This document shows positions 14,291 through 25,869 of a DNA stretch of 64,000 nt, one piece after another. The position numbers and the translations under genes are program-made. The stretch lies in assembly GCA_951406725.2 (NCBI GenBank), contig OX597820.1, positions 50,592,001 to 50,656,000 on the forward strand, read 5' to 3'. The notes beneath the pieces were generated by a model that ran no database searches, had not been told where the DNA came from, and worked only from the letters and a program-made list of their open reading frames with translations. How positions within the stretch are numbered: the first letter of the stretch is position 1; every line of letters begins with the position of its first letter. The DNA comes from Octopus vulgaris. Its lineage: Eukaryota.

Positions 14291-16091
14291 CCAACATTTC
14301 TCCTTCAATAGATCACAGAGATAATAGAGATAGAATCCCATCATCAGAGTGTTTTTGTGGGAATTAGGCAATTTTCTGGTTACTTTTCACTACTACAAAA
14401 TGTGGTACCCTTGAAGCTGCTTTTGAAATCACATTCCTCGAAGCTGTGTTCTGCGGTGACTTTTTTTCGAGTTTTACAGTTTCTCCGGCAGAAAAATTTC
14501 GAGTAGAATTTGCAGCTTAACGAACATCAACGAACCTTACTGTCCCCCTAGTTCTATACCCCCTTTGCTTTTTGTTTGCTGCACACATGACGGGAAACGA
14601 ACCCGGATTAGTTTTTTTGAATTTGCAAGATTTGTAACGACTTGTATGTACATTTGTACCTGACCCCCTACAATGCTTTGTGAGTTGAGCAATTTTTAAT
14701 TGCTCCTAACTTGTCACTAAGGTGTTGAAGAAATACTTAAGTCCATCTGATGATCCGCGAGTTTCGTCGTCAACAATTTATGTGCAACAAGAGCTTGCTT
14801 CTTGCTCCTTCTGAAAACTAAGAATACAAATATGTCCTCTTCTACATTGTTCCTTCCTTGTTACAAAAGCAGGTTCGAAGAGAAAGGCATAAACGTGTTT
14901 TTTGTTATCCAGCTCACATTCTATCTTACTGATCTTCCTTTTCTAAACACATCGTAATTTATCGTTCGTGTTGCTCCTAGTGGTAGAGAAAGACAATATG
15001 CACTATCTGTCAAAACAGCATTTGCACAGAATGGTACTTGTGTGCGTCTGCTGTACTTATCGCTAATAAACCTACATTATATATTTCATTATCTCAATAA
15101 CTTTTCCTTTAATATGATAAAGAAACAGGCTTTTGTTTCAAGTCATTATTTGTTTATTTATTTGCCTAATTTTTGCGTTTATTGTGTTTGTTTATGTGAT
15201 GCACCTTTTTGTTTTTTTATGTCGGCGCTATTATTCAGAAATCGCTATTTCTCTTTGGCAAAAACATAAACACCTACTTATAAAGTGTCATATTTTATCT
15301 TTATCCTCACGGAAGAGTAAGCTTTTATCAACAGAGAAACGATAATTATCCACTATTTTCAGATCTCTCAGGAGCACCACAAGAAACACAATCTTGTTTT
15401 TTCAGCAAGGAGAACAAGTATAACAGCAGCGGCAGCTACAACAATAATTGTTACAACCGCTACTATTACTACAAATAATAAAGAGCTGAAAGCATGGGGA
15501 GGGGGCTACTCAATTACGTAACTCCCACGTTACAAATGATAAATATCTCATTGATCTGGAAAGGATAGATCGCGGTGGAATTTGAGTTCAAAACGTAAAG
15601 CCGGGCGAGTTGAAATGAGATGCAAGAACATGTGTGGCATATGAAGATTAATATCATAGTGCAGACAATCCACTCTTGCTGACATCTCCCTAGTGCAGCC
15701 GACCATCTTGCCTTGTCTTTTGCGAGATATTATCAGCGTCTCACAGAAGTCTGAGAACCGCAGCAGAGAGTTGGAACTCGTTCAAAAAGTCTGTGCTAAA
15801 TGCTACTGAATAACACCACACACATGTGTGAACCTGATTAGCATGCACCCCTCCAAATCATTTGAAGTCCGAGTTGTCATACTGGTTTCACATTGTGCTC
15901 TTGGGGCAAATGAGACATTCAAATAATCACACCTGTGCTCATAGACGAATGCAACAATAACTTTAGTCAAGAAACTCAATGGCAACAATTGTGGTAAAGG
16001 CTCATAGTCAATATAGTAGCACAATATGTGGTGTTGTGAATTATTTTCATATGTAATTAGGCGAAGATTTTTTAATAAAAATTAAGCAATC

Positions 16092-16250
16092 CGTGAGCTG
16101 GCAGAACTGTTAGCATGCCAGTTGAACTGCTTAGCAGTATTTCGTCTGCCACTACGTTCTGAGTTCAAATTCCACTGAGGTCTACTTCGCCGTTCATCTT
16201 TTTAAACGGCGGTGCATCAGCATGGCCGCAGCTCTTAGCAGAAACTAGAA
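16092..16250 (+). mobile_element. SINE family A head, apparently joined to a family C-like 3' end
   Basis: gtgagctggcagaactgttagc...gagttcaaattcc, followed by ggcggtgcatcagcatggccgcag. Confidence 0.6.
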
Positions 16251-16779
16251 ATAAAATCACGGCATGAGAAGTTGTACATGACCTTTTCAGTGGTTATTTA
16301 TGGCAGGCAAACCAGCTGTTTAGTAAGCAACAATAAAAGTTATTGAAATATATTTCTAGCAGAAAGAGCAAAGAGGATTACCCAGCAATAACATAAGAAA
16401 ACCACAAAGGCAGAATTCCCTATAGCGTTAGAATGTGCCAAACAGGAAACATCGAAAGAAATCGATCCTTTCTCGGTTAGGACAGAAACGCTACAGGTAA
16501 CCTAGAGACAATGAAGAGAAAATAGGTAAAATGTTGTTTTGCAGAGTGCGAGAAACAGTGAGATATGGGAAAAGTGGGAGAGAATATACCCCAATATAAG
16601 ACAAGCAAGCCTTATGATCAGACGAACATCTCCACCTCATATTATTGACATTCAGTGTTCTTCGCACGAAAAAATAAAATGGGAAAACGGAAATGTCATC
16701 ATAGACAAATTATTTACACGATTCTTTGAGAGTTCGACGCAGCGCACTATCAATTGACAAGCGGTGATGGGGGTGGTAC

Positions 16780-16908
16780 ATAAACTACCTCCATCAAGTT
16801 ACTATGAAAGTAGGTAGTAATTTTGCCTTGTACTTATTCTAAGTGAAAATCTGGAAGAGTGCAGCTCGAGTTTGGGTTCAATAAAAGCAACATTGCAACA
16901 GAAAGTGC
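16780..16908 (+). repeat. Perfect 129-bp copy of 18520-18648
   Basis: Base-by-base identity from ataaactacctcc to cagaaagtgc. Confidence 0.95.
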
Positions 16909-16994
16909 CATGCAGTGAAACTGAACCCGGGACCATGTGATTGAGAAGCAATCTCCTTACCACACTGCCACGATATAAGCATGTATATACATCT

Positions 16995-17062
<68 letters not shown>

Positions 17063-17277
17063 ACAAATACTTATGCGCACACACTCACACACACACACGC
17101 ATGCACACATACACACTCAGACGCACGCACCTACAACCACCCCCCCACACACGAATAATTCATTTTGAGTAACCATATATATTTTTAAATATAATACTTA
17201 AAGGCTTTGTGATACTGACATTTGAACGCTTCCTTTGCATGGCTGTGTGAAACTTTTGATGAATAAGACTCCTTCTA

Positions 17278-17337
17278 TTTCGACGGAATAGTGATTGGTG
17301 ACGAGAAATTAGTTCTCTATAGAAATGTCAATCGCCG
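17278..17337 (+). repeat. Perfect 60-bp copy of 18992-19051
   Basis: tttcgacggaatagtgattggtgacgagaaattagttctctatagaaatgtcaatcgccg occurs at both sites. Confidence 0.95.
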
Positions 17338-18445
17338 CCGCTACGTTCTGAGTTCAAATTCTGCCGAGGTCAACTTTGCCTTTCATCCATCCGAGGTCGA
17401 TAATTAAAGTACCAGTTACGCACTGGGGTTGATGTAATCGATTATTCCCTTTTCCCAAATTTCAGCCCTTGAGCATATATTCGAAATGATCGTTAGCTTA
17501 TGCTGAGCATAAGTCTTATCAGCCCTTCTTCCGTCTTTACGTTCCGAGTTCAAAATTCACGTCTCCATAAATTAAGTATCAGTTGAACACTAGAGACAAC
17601 GTAATTGACTTATCCTCTCCACCCCGGAATTTGCTGGTCTTGTGCCAAAATTTTAAATGATCATTAGGAAGAAGAAGCCGGTGAACTGGCTGAATCTTTA
17701 GCACGCCGTACAATACATATAGCAGTATTTCGTCTGTTTTTAAATTGCGAGTCCAAATTTCATCGAGGTAGATATTGCTTCTCACATTTCGAGGTCGATG
17801 AAATAAATACCAGTCGAGCACAGCTATCGATATAATCGACTCATCTCTTGAAATTATAATTAGGTAGAATGTAAAGACGAGGAACTAGCAAGATGTTACC
17901 TCGCCGGGAAAATGGGAAAATATTTAGCAGCATTTCTTCAGTTCAAATGCTGCCGGAGTCGAATGATTTTCGTCCTTCCGGAGTCGATAAAACAAGTAGT
18001 AGTCAAATCCTAGGATCAATTTAATCGACTTACCCCCTCCCACATTATTGCTGTTCCTGTTCCAATATTTGAAACCATTCTTAGGAAGAATTTAATGACA
18101 ACTGACAGAATCGTTAGCACGCCAGGCAAAACGGTTAGTGTCATGTTGTTTGTCATTACGTTCTAATTTCAAATGTAGCCGAGGTAGACTTTGTCTTTCA
18201 TCCTTTCAAGGTAGATCAATGTTATAGACTTGTCTCTCCCTTAAAACATCAAAACTTGTGTCTATAGAAGAAAGAATTATAGGGGAAAATCTCGTCCGTT
18301 TCTAAGTTCCGTGTTTAAATACCGCTATGTCAATTTGACCCTTCGTCTCTTCGGAGTGGATTCAATGATTATCAGTTATGTAATCTATTTACTCCGATGC
18401 CTAAAACTGCTTGCCTTGGAACCTAAATTTGAAACGATTATTACG
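17335..18445 (+). repeat. Head-to-tail array of ~6 diverged family A SINE units, with ~2 more at 19630-19900
   Basis: B-box and core (gagttcaaat..gtcgac..tcatcc..gtcgata) and 3' end (aatttgaaac.att) recur about every 160-210 bp, all on the same strand. Confidence 0.7.
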
Positions 18446-18458
18446 AATAACCGCCAGC

Positions 18459-19609
18459 ATATCGGACAATATATTGCGTTTTTTAAAATTGCCTGAACTA
18501 AAAGTCGGAGTGGAACAGGATAAACTACCTCCATCAAGTTACTATGAAAGTAGGTAGTAATTTTGCCTTGTACTTATTCTAAGTGAAAATCTGGAAGAGT
18601 GCAGCTCGAGTTTGGGTTCAATAAAAGCAACATTGCAACAGAAAGTGCGAGAAATATCAAAACTGTATATGGGGATCGGACAATAATCGTAAGCCAATGT
18701 CAGCGGTGGGTCCATAAATTCCCAGGCGGAAACTCCAGCCTAGAAGACGAGCCTCGTCCTGTAATATCCGTAGAACTCGACATCCTGCAAACCCGGGTGG
18801 AACAAAATCCCAACGTAACTACCAGAGAAGCTTGGATTTGATCATTCAAACATTCATCGACACCTGCGTGCCATCGGAAAAGTGAGCAAATTAGGTCATT
18901 GTCTTCAGCACAAACTTTTCGAGTCTAATCGCGATCAGAGAGTGGACGTGTGCTCTTCTTTGTTGTTACGTCCTCTCACGAATGAAATATTTTTCGACGG
19001 AATAGTGATTGGTGACGAGAAATTAGTTCTCTATAGAAATGTCAATCGCCGAAGACAGTGGGTAGGGAAAGCAGAAACAAGGACATGCTAAATAAGGACT
19101 TCACCCACGTAAGGTCTACTTATCTGTTTGGTGGGATATGAATGGTTTAGTCCACTTTGAAATTTTAAACCCAAGCCAAACGACAACAAAGGAGATCTGC
19201 TGCAAGCAGCTTGAGCGGCTTAAATCAGCTCTAGAAGAAAAACGACTATATTTGGTTTCAAGACAAAAGGTGTTCTTCCAGCAGGATAATGCACGGCCAC
19301 CACGAGTGTGACATTCCAAAGACTGGAGAAGTTTGAATGGGAAACGATGTCGCACCCATCATATTGGCCGGACATTGTTGCATCTGATTATTATTTATTC
19401 CGATTTATTCAAATTCAGAGAATATATATTCTCTAGACGAAGTGAGTATTTTTCGTCAGGACAAGTGAATCTTGGAAGGCATACAAGTCTACCAGAAAGA
19501 TGGAAGATTATTTAAGGAAAGAATACTTTAGATTAAAAAAACTTCATCCTAATTTTGAAAAATAAAAGAAGGTATTAAAAAACCGCATTATTTATGGGAT
19601 GACCCAATA
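18459..19609 (+). mobile_element. Degenerate mariner element
   Basis: Motifs KTVYGDRTI..CQRWVHKF..LEDEPRP, GIVIGDEKLVLYRNV, WWDMNG, QQDNARP and HPSYWPDIVASDYYLF. Right TIR ccgcattatttatgggatgacccaaTA. Confidence 0.85.
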
Positions 19610-21219
19610 ATTACTGGGGCAAAATAATTTACGAGAACAAATTTGCATTTCATCCTTTCATAAGCATCAACCAACAAATGGAGTGATTTTAATCGAAAAA
19701 ACCCCTCTCTTAAATTAACTGGCCTTGTGCTAAAATTTGAAACAATTATGAGACAGAATCTGTGGCATGTTACACAAAATACTTAGCGACATACCGATTC
19801 TTGGCAAACTGAGTTCAAATTGTGTCGAACTCGATTTTGCTTTGCATTCTGTTAGGGCTGATAAACTAGGAACAATTGGAGTATTGGCGTCGATATTATT
19901 TATAAAAAGCAATCGTTATAGCGAACTTAACGTGGGTGCATTGCTAGGATGTTGAATACTACGCTACTTGCGCCAAGAGGCACTGCCGTTTAGACGTGTC
20001 GACATATCGTAGGCGAACATTGTACAATTCAGTGTTCTATCAAAATATCCTCGTTAATTTGGATAGATAGATAGGTAGATAGAAGCATACATATATAAAC
20101 GCACAAACATAAATACATATATCGATACATTTGTATGTGCGCTTACGCACGCATTCATACATACACATATAGAAAGGCGTATATGTGCATATGGATATGA
20201 CTTGAGTATGTGCATATTTACAACCACACGAAACCAGAGCATCAGGTGACATGTCATCAGGTTATGTTTATACTTTAGAAAAAGCAGGCTTTGGCTTTAG
20301 TGAATGCAAACAAATGCTTTTGTCTGTTACTTCTGTTTCTTTTTCATTTAGCATACCGACGAAACCATTCATATTAATTATAATGTTTCGCTTTTCCGAA
20401 AATTCCCTGACCTTTCAGCTTCACCTGAAACCATTCTTAGTTTATTTTGTTTGGTAAGTTTTGTTGTGGGCTATTTGTAATGGTATCCTAACAAAACTTT
20501 TCCTGTAGTCTTCATGTAAGTTGACAATGTACGTATGAATGGATGTATGCTTATATATATATATATATATATATACATATAGTTCCAGGTTCGGTAATGG
20601 TCTGTCTATAGCACTTATTCAGCATTACCTGACTCATTTGGGTCTCAATGCCACCATTATCTCTTATATATATATATTGTAAACAATGTTAGAAGCGCCG
20701 AGTGAGTCGTTATTCTTCAGAAAATACAACTATTCTTCAACTTAGAATGGCTGTGAATACAAATATTAGAAAACAGAGTGAATACCCTTAGAAGACGGAA
20801 ACAGTAGCTAGCAAGCCTAATAAACAAAAAAAACAAAAAAATATAGAACTGTGTACCGCTCACATTGCGGCTGAGCACTCTGCACTACTAAGCTGTTACT
20901 TAGTGTTATCAAAAGACGGTATTTGCTGTCAGGTGTCAAAAGTTAATCGTTTATATATTTTTTTGTAACTTGCATATTTGCTAGTTGATTTCTTTCCCGT
21001 AAAACCCCTATTTTTCCAGGTTTCATTCAAGTCTTTACTCAGAAAACGAAGTACACCGATTACTGATCATGTAAATGAGAATTTATAACGTGCATTAAAT
21101 TAGATTTCGGAAGACATATTCACTTCCCAGTGGTTGCTCACCCGTACGACGATATATACTTTATCTTGTCTGACTTTAACAACAGCTGACTTATTTTGTT
21201 TGCACATAACCTTTATGTT

Positions 21220-21570
21220 TTATTTGTTTCCGGCATTAGACTCGGCCATGCTGGTGCACCGCCTTCAAGAATTTTTCGCTGGAGTAATCGACCCCCATAC
21301 TTATTTTAAAGACTGGTAATTATTGTATCGGGTTTCTTTTGTCTAACCGTTACGTTACGGGAGTAAAAAACACACCAACACCTGTTGGGGGACAAACATA
21401 GATACAAAGACACACATAGATATGCATATATATACAACTGGCTTCTTTCAGTTACGTTCGAAATCGCCACTCACAAATCTGTGGAGGCTCTAGAAGTTAC
21501 CTGCTCAAAGTACCTCGCAGTGGTACTAAACACGGAGCCATGCCTTACGGTAACAATTCTCACCACACAA
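21220..21570 (-). mobile_element. SINE family C, diverged copy
   Basis: ggccatgctggtgcaccgcc...ggcttctttcagtt is homologous to 23974-24394. Confidence 0.7.
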
Positions 21571-21849
21571 ACAATGTTCTACCAGTGTACCTTTTATTGA
21601 TGTTTACGTATGATGTTTATTGAAACAAGGGAGGGTTTTCTTTATTTATCTCAGGTGAGTCAATGTTTACGGTTGCCTCTGTCTCTTTTAACCCATGCAA
21701 CAGCCAACCATCTGTTTAGACGTCATATTGGACTTCTATATGATCTCTACAGTATACCAAGTAAAAGCTACATCTACATCCCTAGTCTACCTAGGTTTCC
21801 ATGGCTTATGACTCTAGGCATATTTGAAATATATCAACATAAGTGATAT

Positions 21850-22320
21850 TTCTAGGAATGAGAGAATGTTGAAGAACAAAGCCGGGTTGGATGAGGAAAT
21901 TGTACGATGGATGGTTTGCAGTATTAATATTTGGTTTATCGTTGATTCCAATGTTATCCCTTGCGAAATATAGGAATAATATAGAATAGGAATAAAATAG
22001 AATAAAGCTGTGAAATGTTACGGCAGTGTCGCTGACGATGCGGATCTCATGATGGAGACGAGAATATAGGATGTTGAGAGACACCTGGTGACTAGCGCTG
22101 CAATGCCCGAACCTATAAAGATCACGACCACTGCTGGTAGAGCCAATGTGTCTCCAATTCAAGATCTTTGGTGAGAAGGGAAGTGGTAATTTGTAATTTT
22201 GCCTGAAAACCCAACTCAGGTGAGTACAGGATGAGCCTGAGATTCATCACAACCCTTCCGACAGGGATAAAATTCCCAATGTTGGGAGAAGGAAGACGGA
22301 AGTGTCACAGCATAATATGA
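21850..22320 (-). mobile_element. Possible Penelope-like GIY-YIG relic
   Basis: Minus-strand relics FYPCRKGC, IGDT and GINDK occur in the expected order; heavily decayed. Confidence 0.3.
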
Positions 22321-23339
22321 TTTGACCAACCCTTCTCTCGTAATCTTAAAATTAATATACCCAGTATGCTCTTCTAGTTTCTCGATAGAGACATTTCTCT
22401 GATTTTCAATTAGAAATGTACATTTAGTTTCTTGTTAACTTACATATTCGATGGCGAACAGCAAATTATATCCTGAACGAAGTGGGCTTTTACTACTGAT
22501 CTGTGGATGTAAGGCTGCCAATTTGACTTTGCCTTCCTGTTTTTGTAACCTCTTTTACTTTTATCCAATCTTATACATTTTTGTTCTTTATATAAAGAAC
22601 ATTCTTCATGCTCCCTTATAGTAATCATTTATCTTTTCTAGATATCTAAATATAAATCTTCAACATCCATCTGGCCATGCAATACCTGCTGTCAATTTCT
22701 GGCAATGTTGACACTCTGCGCCGGGTGATTGATTATATCCTATGTGTATAGATTTTTCGGTATCAGCAGTATAATGCTAATGCAATATTTTTTGATATAA
22801 TTATATCGGTGAATTCAAAATCAATGAACGTTTCACATATAAATTTGAAAGCATAATTTATGATTAGCTTGTTAAATATATTTATACGTAATTCAGGATT
22901 TCAGGTATTCATCTAATTACAGGATTTACAAAATTATATTCAAGTTTAGCAAATGTTGCGCGAGAATTGGTGAGAGATTTCGCAATGACTTCTATGATAC
23001 GAATCGATATTCTTTGTCAAGATGTTCTTAAAGAAATGGCTGCTTATCTCTCCCACTATCTCTGTCTTACTCTGTTCCTCTCTTTTTCGCTCTCACCATC
23101 CATCTCTCTCTCTTTCTCTCTTTCTGTATCTTTCTATCTCTGTGCCATTGTGGTATTTTCAAAGGATGACAGAAACAATTATGAGCTGTCTTGTTTTTAG
23201 TTCAACGAGGTTGATGTAATTCCATACCATTTCAGTTGCTTCTGCACAATATATTCGGTAATGAATAGCGTGTTCATTATCGACCTTGGTAATGGTAGGT
23301 CGATAATGAAAATGCCATTGTTATTTTTGTGATTGGTAA

Positions 23340-23900
23340 ATATACCAGGTTTAATATGTGAAATCTGGGTGTAGGTTTGTATACTAATGTTCTATATCTT
23401 CGCATTTGAGATCGCCAGATATTCAAGACTTTGTACCCGAAGCAATAGAATATTGGTTACTAAGGGCTATGTGGAGCAATTTGCTATATTACTCTATCTT
23501 CGGATATTTGGATGAGAGAAGAGCACAAAATATAATGTAATATGTCAGGAAATGATCCCAGACTTGACCTGTTTGATCTGAAGTGTAAGACTTATTAATG
23601 TCTGTCGATACGTCAAGTGTTGTTGGTCTGCTCCTGCAGTATATTATTGTTACATTTCAACTGAATTTTCGCATCCAGTTCATAGATGTTTCTATTTGCT
23701 ATATATTGAACAGACTGTCGCTAAAAATATTGGCGATATATAGTTTGATGTTATTTGCTTAGTTGTTCTTCCAATTATCGCTGCAACTTTAGAATCAACA
23801 TTTCGATATTCAAAATTTAAATCAGTTTCGTGGTTAGGAACATAGTGACTATATATTTTAGTTGTGTATAGTTTTTGAATTAATCCTAAATATCAATAAT
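23340..23900 (+). mobile_element. Penelope-like reverse transcriptase relic
   Basis: Ordered relic motifs VGLYTNV (23371), EAIEYWL (23439), AMWSN, GYLDE, RYV and FIDVSI match the Penelope RT series SLYTNIP/EAIxYWL/AMGS/RYIDD/FLDV. Confidence 0.55.
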
Positions 23901-23973
23901 CTCCATACTTTTTAGAGGAATGTAGAAATATTAAAGCACACATTGACTATGCAGTCCGTGGTTATTTTAGTTG

Positions 23974-24394
23974 TTTTACTCTTTACTCTCTCTCTTTTAC
24001 TCTTTTACTAATTTCAGTCATTTTGACTGTGGCCATGCTGGAGCACCGCCTTTAGTCGAGTAAATCGACCCCGGGACTTATTCTTTGGAAGCCCAGTACT
24101 TATTCTATCGGTCTCCGTTGCCGAACCGCTATGTGACGGGGACGTAAATACACAAGCATCGGTTGTCAAGCAATGCTAGGGGGACAAACACAGACACACA
24201 AACATATACACACATACATACATATATATATACATATATACGACAGGCTTCTTTCAGTTTCCGTCTACCAAATCCACTGACAAGGCATTGGTCGGCCCGA
24301 GGCTATAGCAGAAGACACTTGCCCAAGATGCCACGCAGTGGGACTGAACCCGGAACCATGTGGTTGGTAAGCAAGCCACTTACCACACAGCCAC
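23974..24394 (-). mobile_element. tRNA-derived SINE, family C (internal TA/TG microsatellite, (AAAGAGT)-like tail)
   Basis: Minus-strand head gtggctgtgtggtaag...ggttcagtcccactgcgtggca. Close copies at 42407-42822, 45985-46410 and 63671-64000. Confidence 0.9.
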
Positions 24395-24834
24395 GTGTAA
24401 GAATCTTTAAAAAATTAATTCTTTCATGCTTAATACCGTGAATATTTTGGAGCGGTATGTAATAGCTGGTAGTGGATATATGACGTTGACACAGTAAGTT
24501 TTCTTACTAATGAGATAAATTTTTAAGATATGTTCACTCGATCAAAATATCTCAACTTCATTCGCATTCGGATACATTTCCATCAAAGTTTTCGTGAAAT
24601 AGCCGTAGAACGCGAAAACGTGCAACAACTGGAATACATTTTCAGAGAACCAAATAATTTGTATCACTTGTTAGTCTTCCTCGTTTCATTGTCAGTGTGT
24701 AACATTTTAATCACAATTTTCAATTTTGTCAACTGCAATGACGCTAGCAGGCTGGGAAGGTTATGAAGAATGCGAGATTGGTTCATCATAGAGAGGACGG
24801 ATAACCATGAGCATTTTTAAGCAGTCTCCTTTAT

Positions 24835-25005
24835 AATTATTATTAATATAATTGTTGTTGTTGTTGTTGCTGTTGTTGTTGTTGTTGTTGTTGTTGTTCT
24901 TCTTCTTCTTCTTCTTCTTCTTCTTCCTCATCTTCTTCTTCATCCTCCTCATCTTCTTCTTCTTCTTCTTCTTCTTCTTCTTCGTTTTCTTCCTATTATT
25001 ATTAA

Positions 25006-25056
<51 letters not shown>

Positions 25057-25060
25057 CCTT
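24835..25060. repeat. Compound (TTG)n/(TTC)n/(TTA)n microsatellite
   Basis: Directly visible. Confidence 0.95.
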
Positions 25061-25064
25061 ATTG

Positions 25065-25608
25065 AGTGAGAGAGCAATGCATGCCATCAAAGTGACACTG
25101 AGGTAAAATATACGAATCCCAGTATACCCATCATGACTACTCATTTGATTAGGATACACAAAGCACAGGCAACACAACCCTATACGCTCGAAATGCTGAT
25201 TTCATATCAAGATTAACAGCGCATGACGTTGCAAGTGGGGCCAACTTAGATTTCTCTTCAGGTTGAGTGACCTATCCCGCTGAAAAGGTGCCTGAATAAG
25301 GGTTGTTTATGGATGTTGAACAAAACACTCATGTTTCCAGTGGTGAAATTATTCAAACCCCAAATAATTCCTCTCATCACATAGTTATGACGCCCCCCCC
25401 ACTGCTCATGCTCAGGATCCGAGGTGCACATATCGTCAGCGAGTAAGGGACATACTCAACTGGTTAAGGTCAAGCAACTGACGAGCAGATCTGCTGTTTT
25501 GAGCAGACTATTTGCAGTAGCCCATTTTTATACGAGAACAAAACAATGTACATGAAAACACTTTCAGTAAGTTAAGATAAGGAGGCATGAAAGCCACTTA
25601 TTGTATTG
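25065..25608 (-). mobile_element. Non-coding interspersed element, family D, diverged copy
   Basis: Reverse complement is colinear with 40278-40831; its 3' end abuts (TAA)n. Confidence 0.8.
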
Positions 25609-25611
25609 ATT

Positions 25612-25760
25612 ATTACTTCGTTAGAACGCCGGACAAAATCCTTAACGGTATTTCGTCCATCTTTACGTTCTGATTTCCAATGCAGCCGAAGTCGACTTTG
25701 CCGTTCATCATTTCGGTGTTGATGAAAATAAGTACCAGTTAAGCACTGGAGTCGTGGTGC
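25612..25760 (-). repeat. SINE family A-like fragment (core reads on the + strand)
   Basis: ttcgttagaacgccgg...ttacgttctgatttccaaatgcagccgaagtcgactttgcc...aagtaccagtt. The SINE sense is actually +; boundaries and strand field are approximate. Confidence 0.45.
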
Positions 25761-25869
25761 TCTTATTAAGGTCACTAGAATTCTTTTGATTGATACTCTG
25801 GGACTGGTTTTCCCGTAAAGAATAATATTTTGCCTGTCAAGGAAACTTCCGGTTTATGTTTCAAACGAA

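Noticed and set aside
14340-15050. Partly open minus-strand frames that looked like a decayed coding region
   Set aside because: There are multiple stops and no motif I could assign to a family.
17335-18445. Repeat-spacer periodicity suggestive of a CRISPR array
   Set aside because: The units are long, diverged SINE copies in eukaryotic DNA; there are no identical short repeats and no cas genes.
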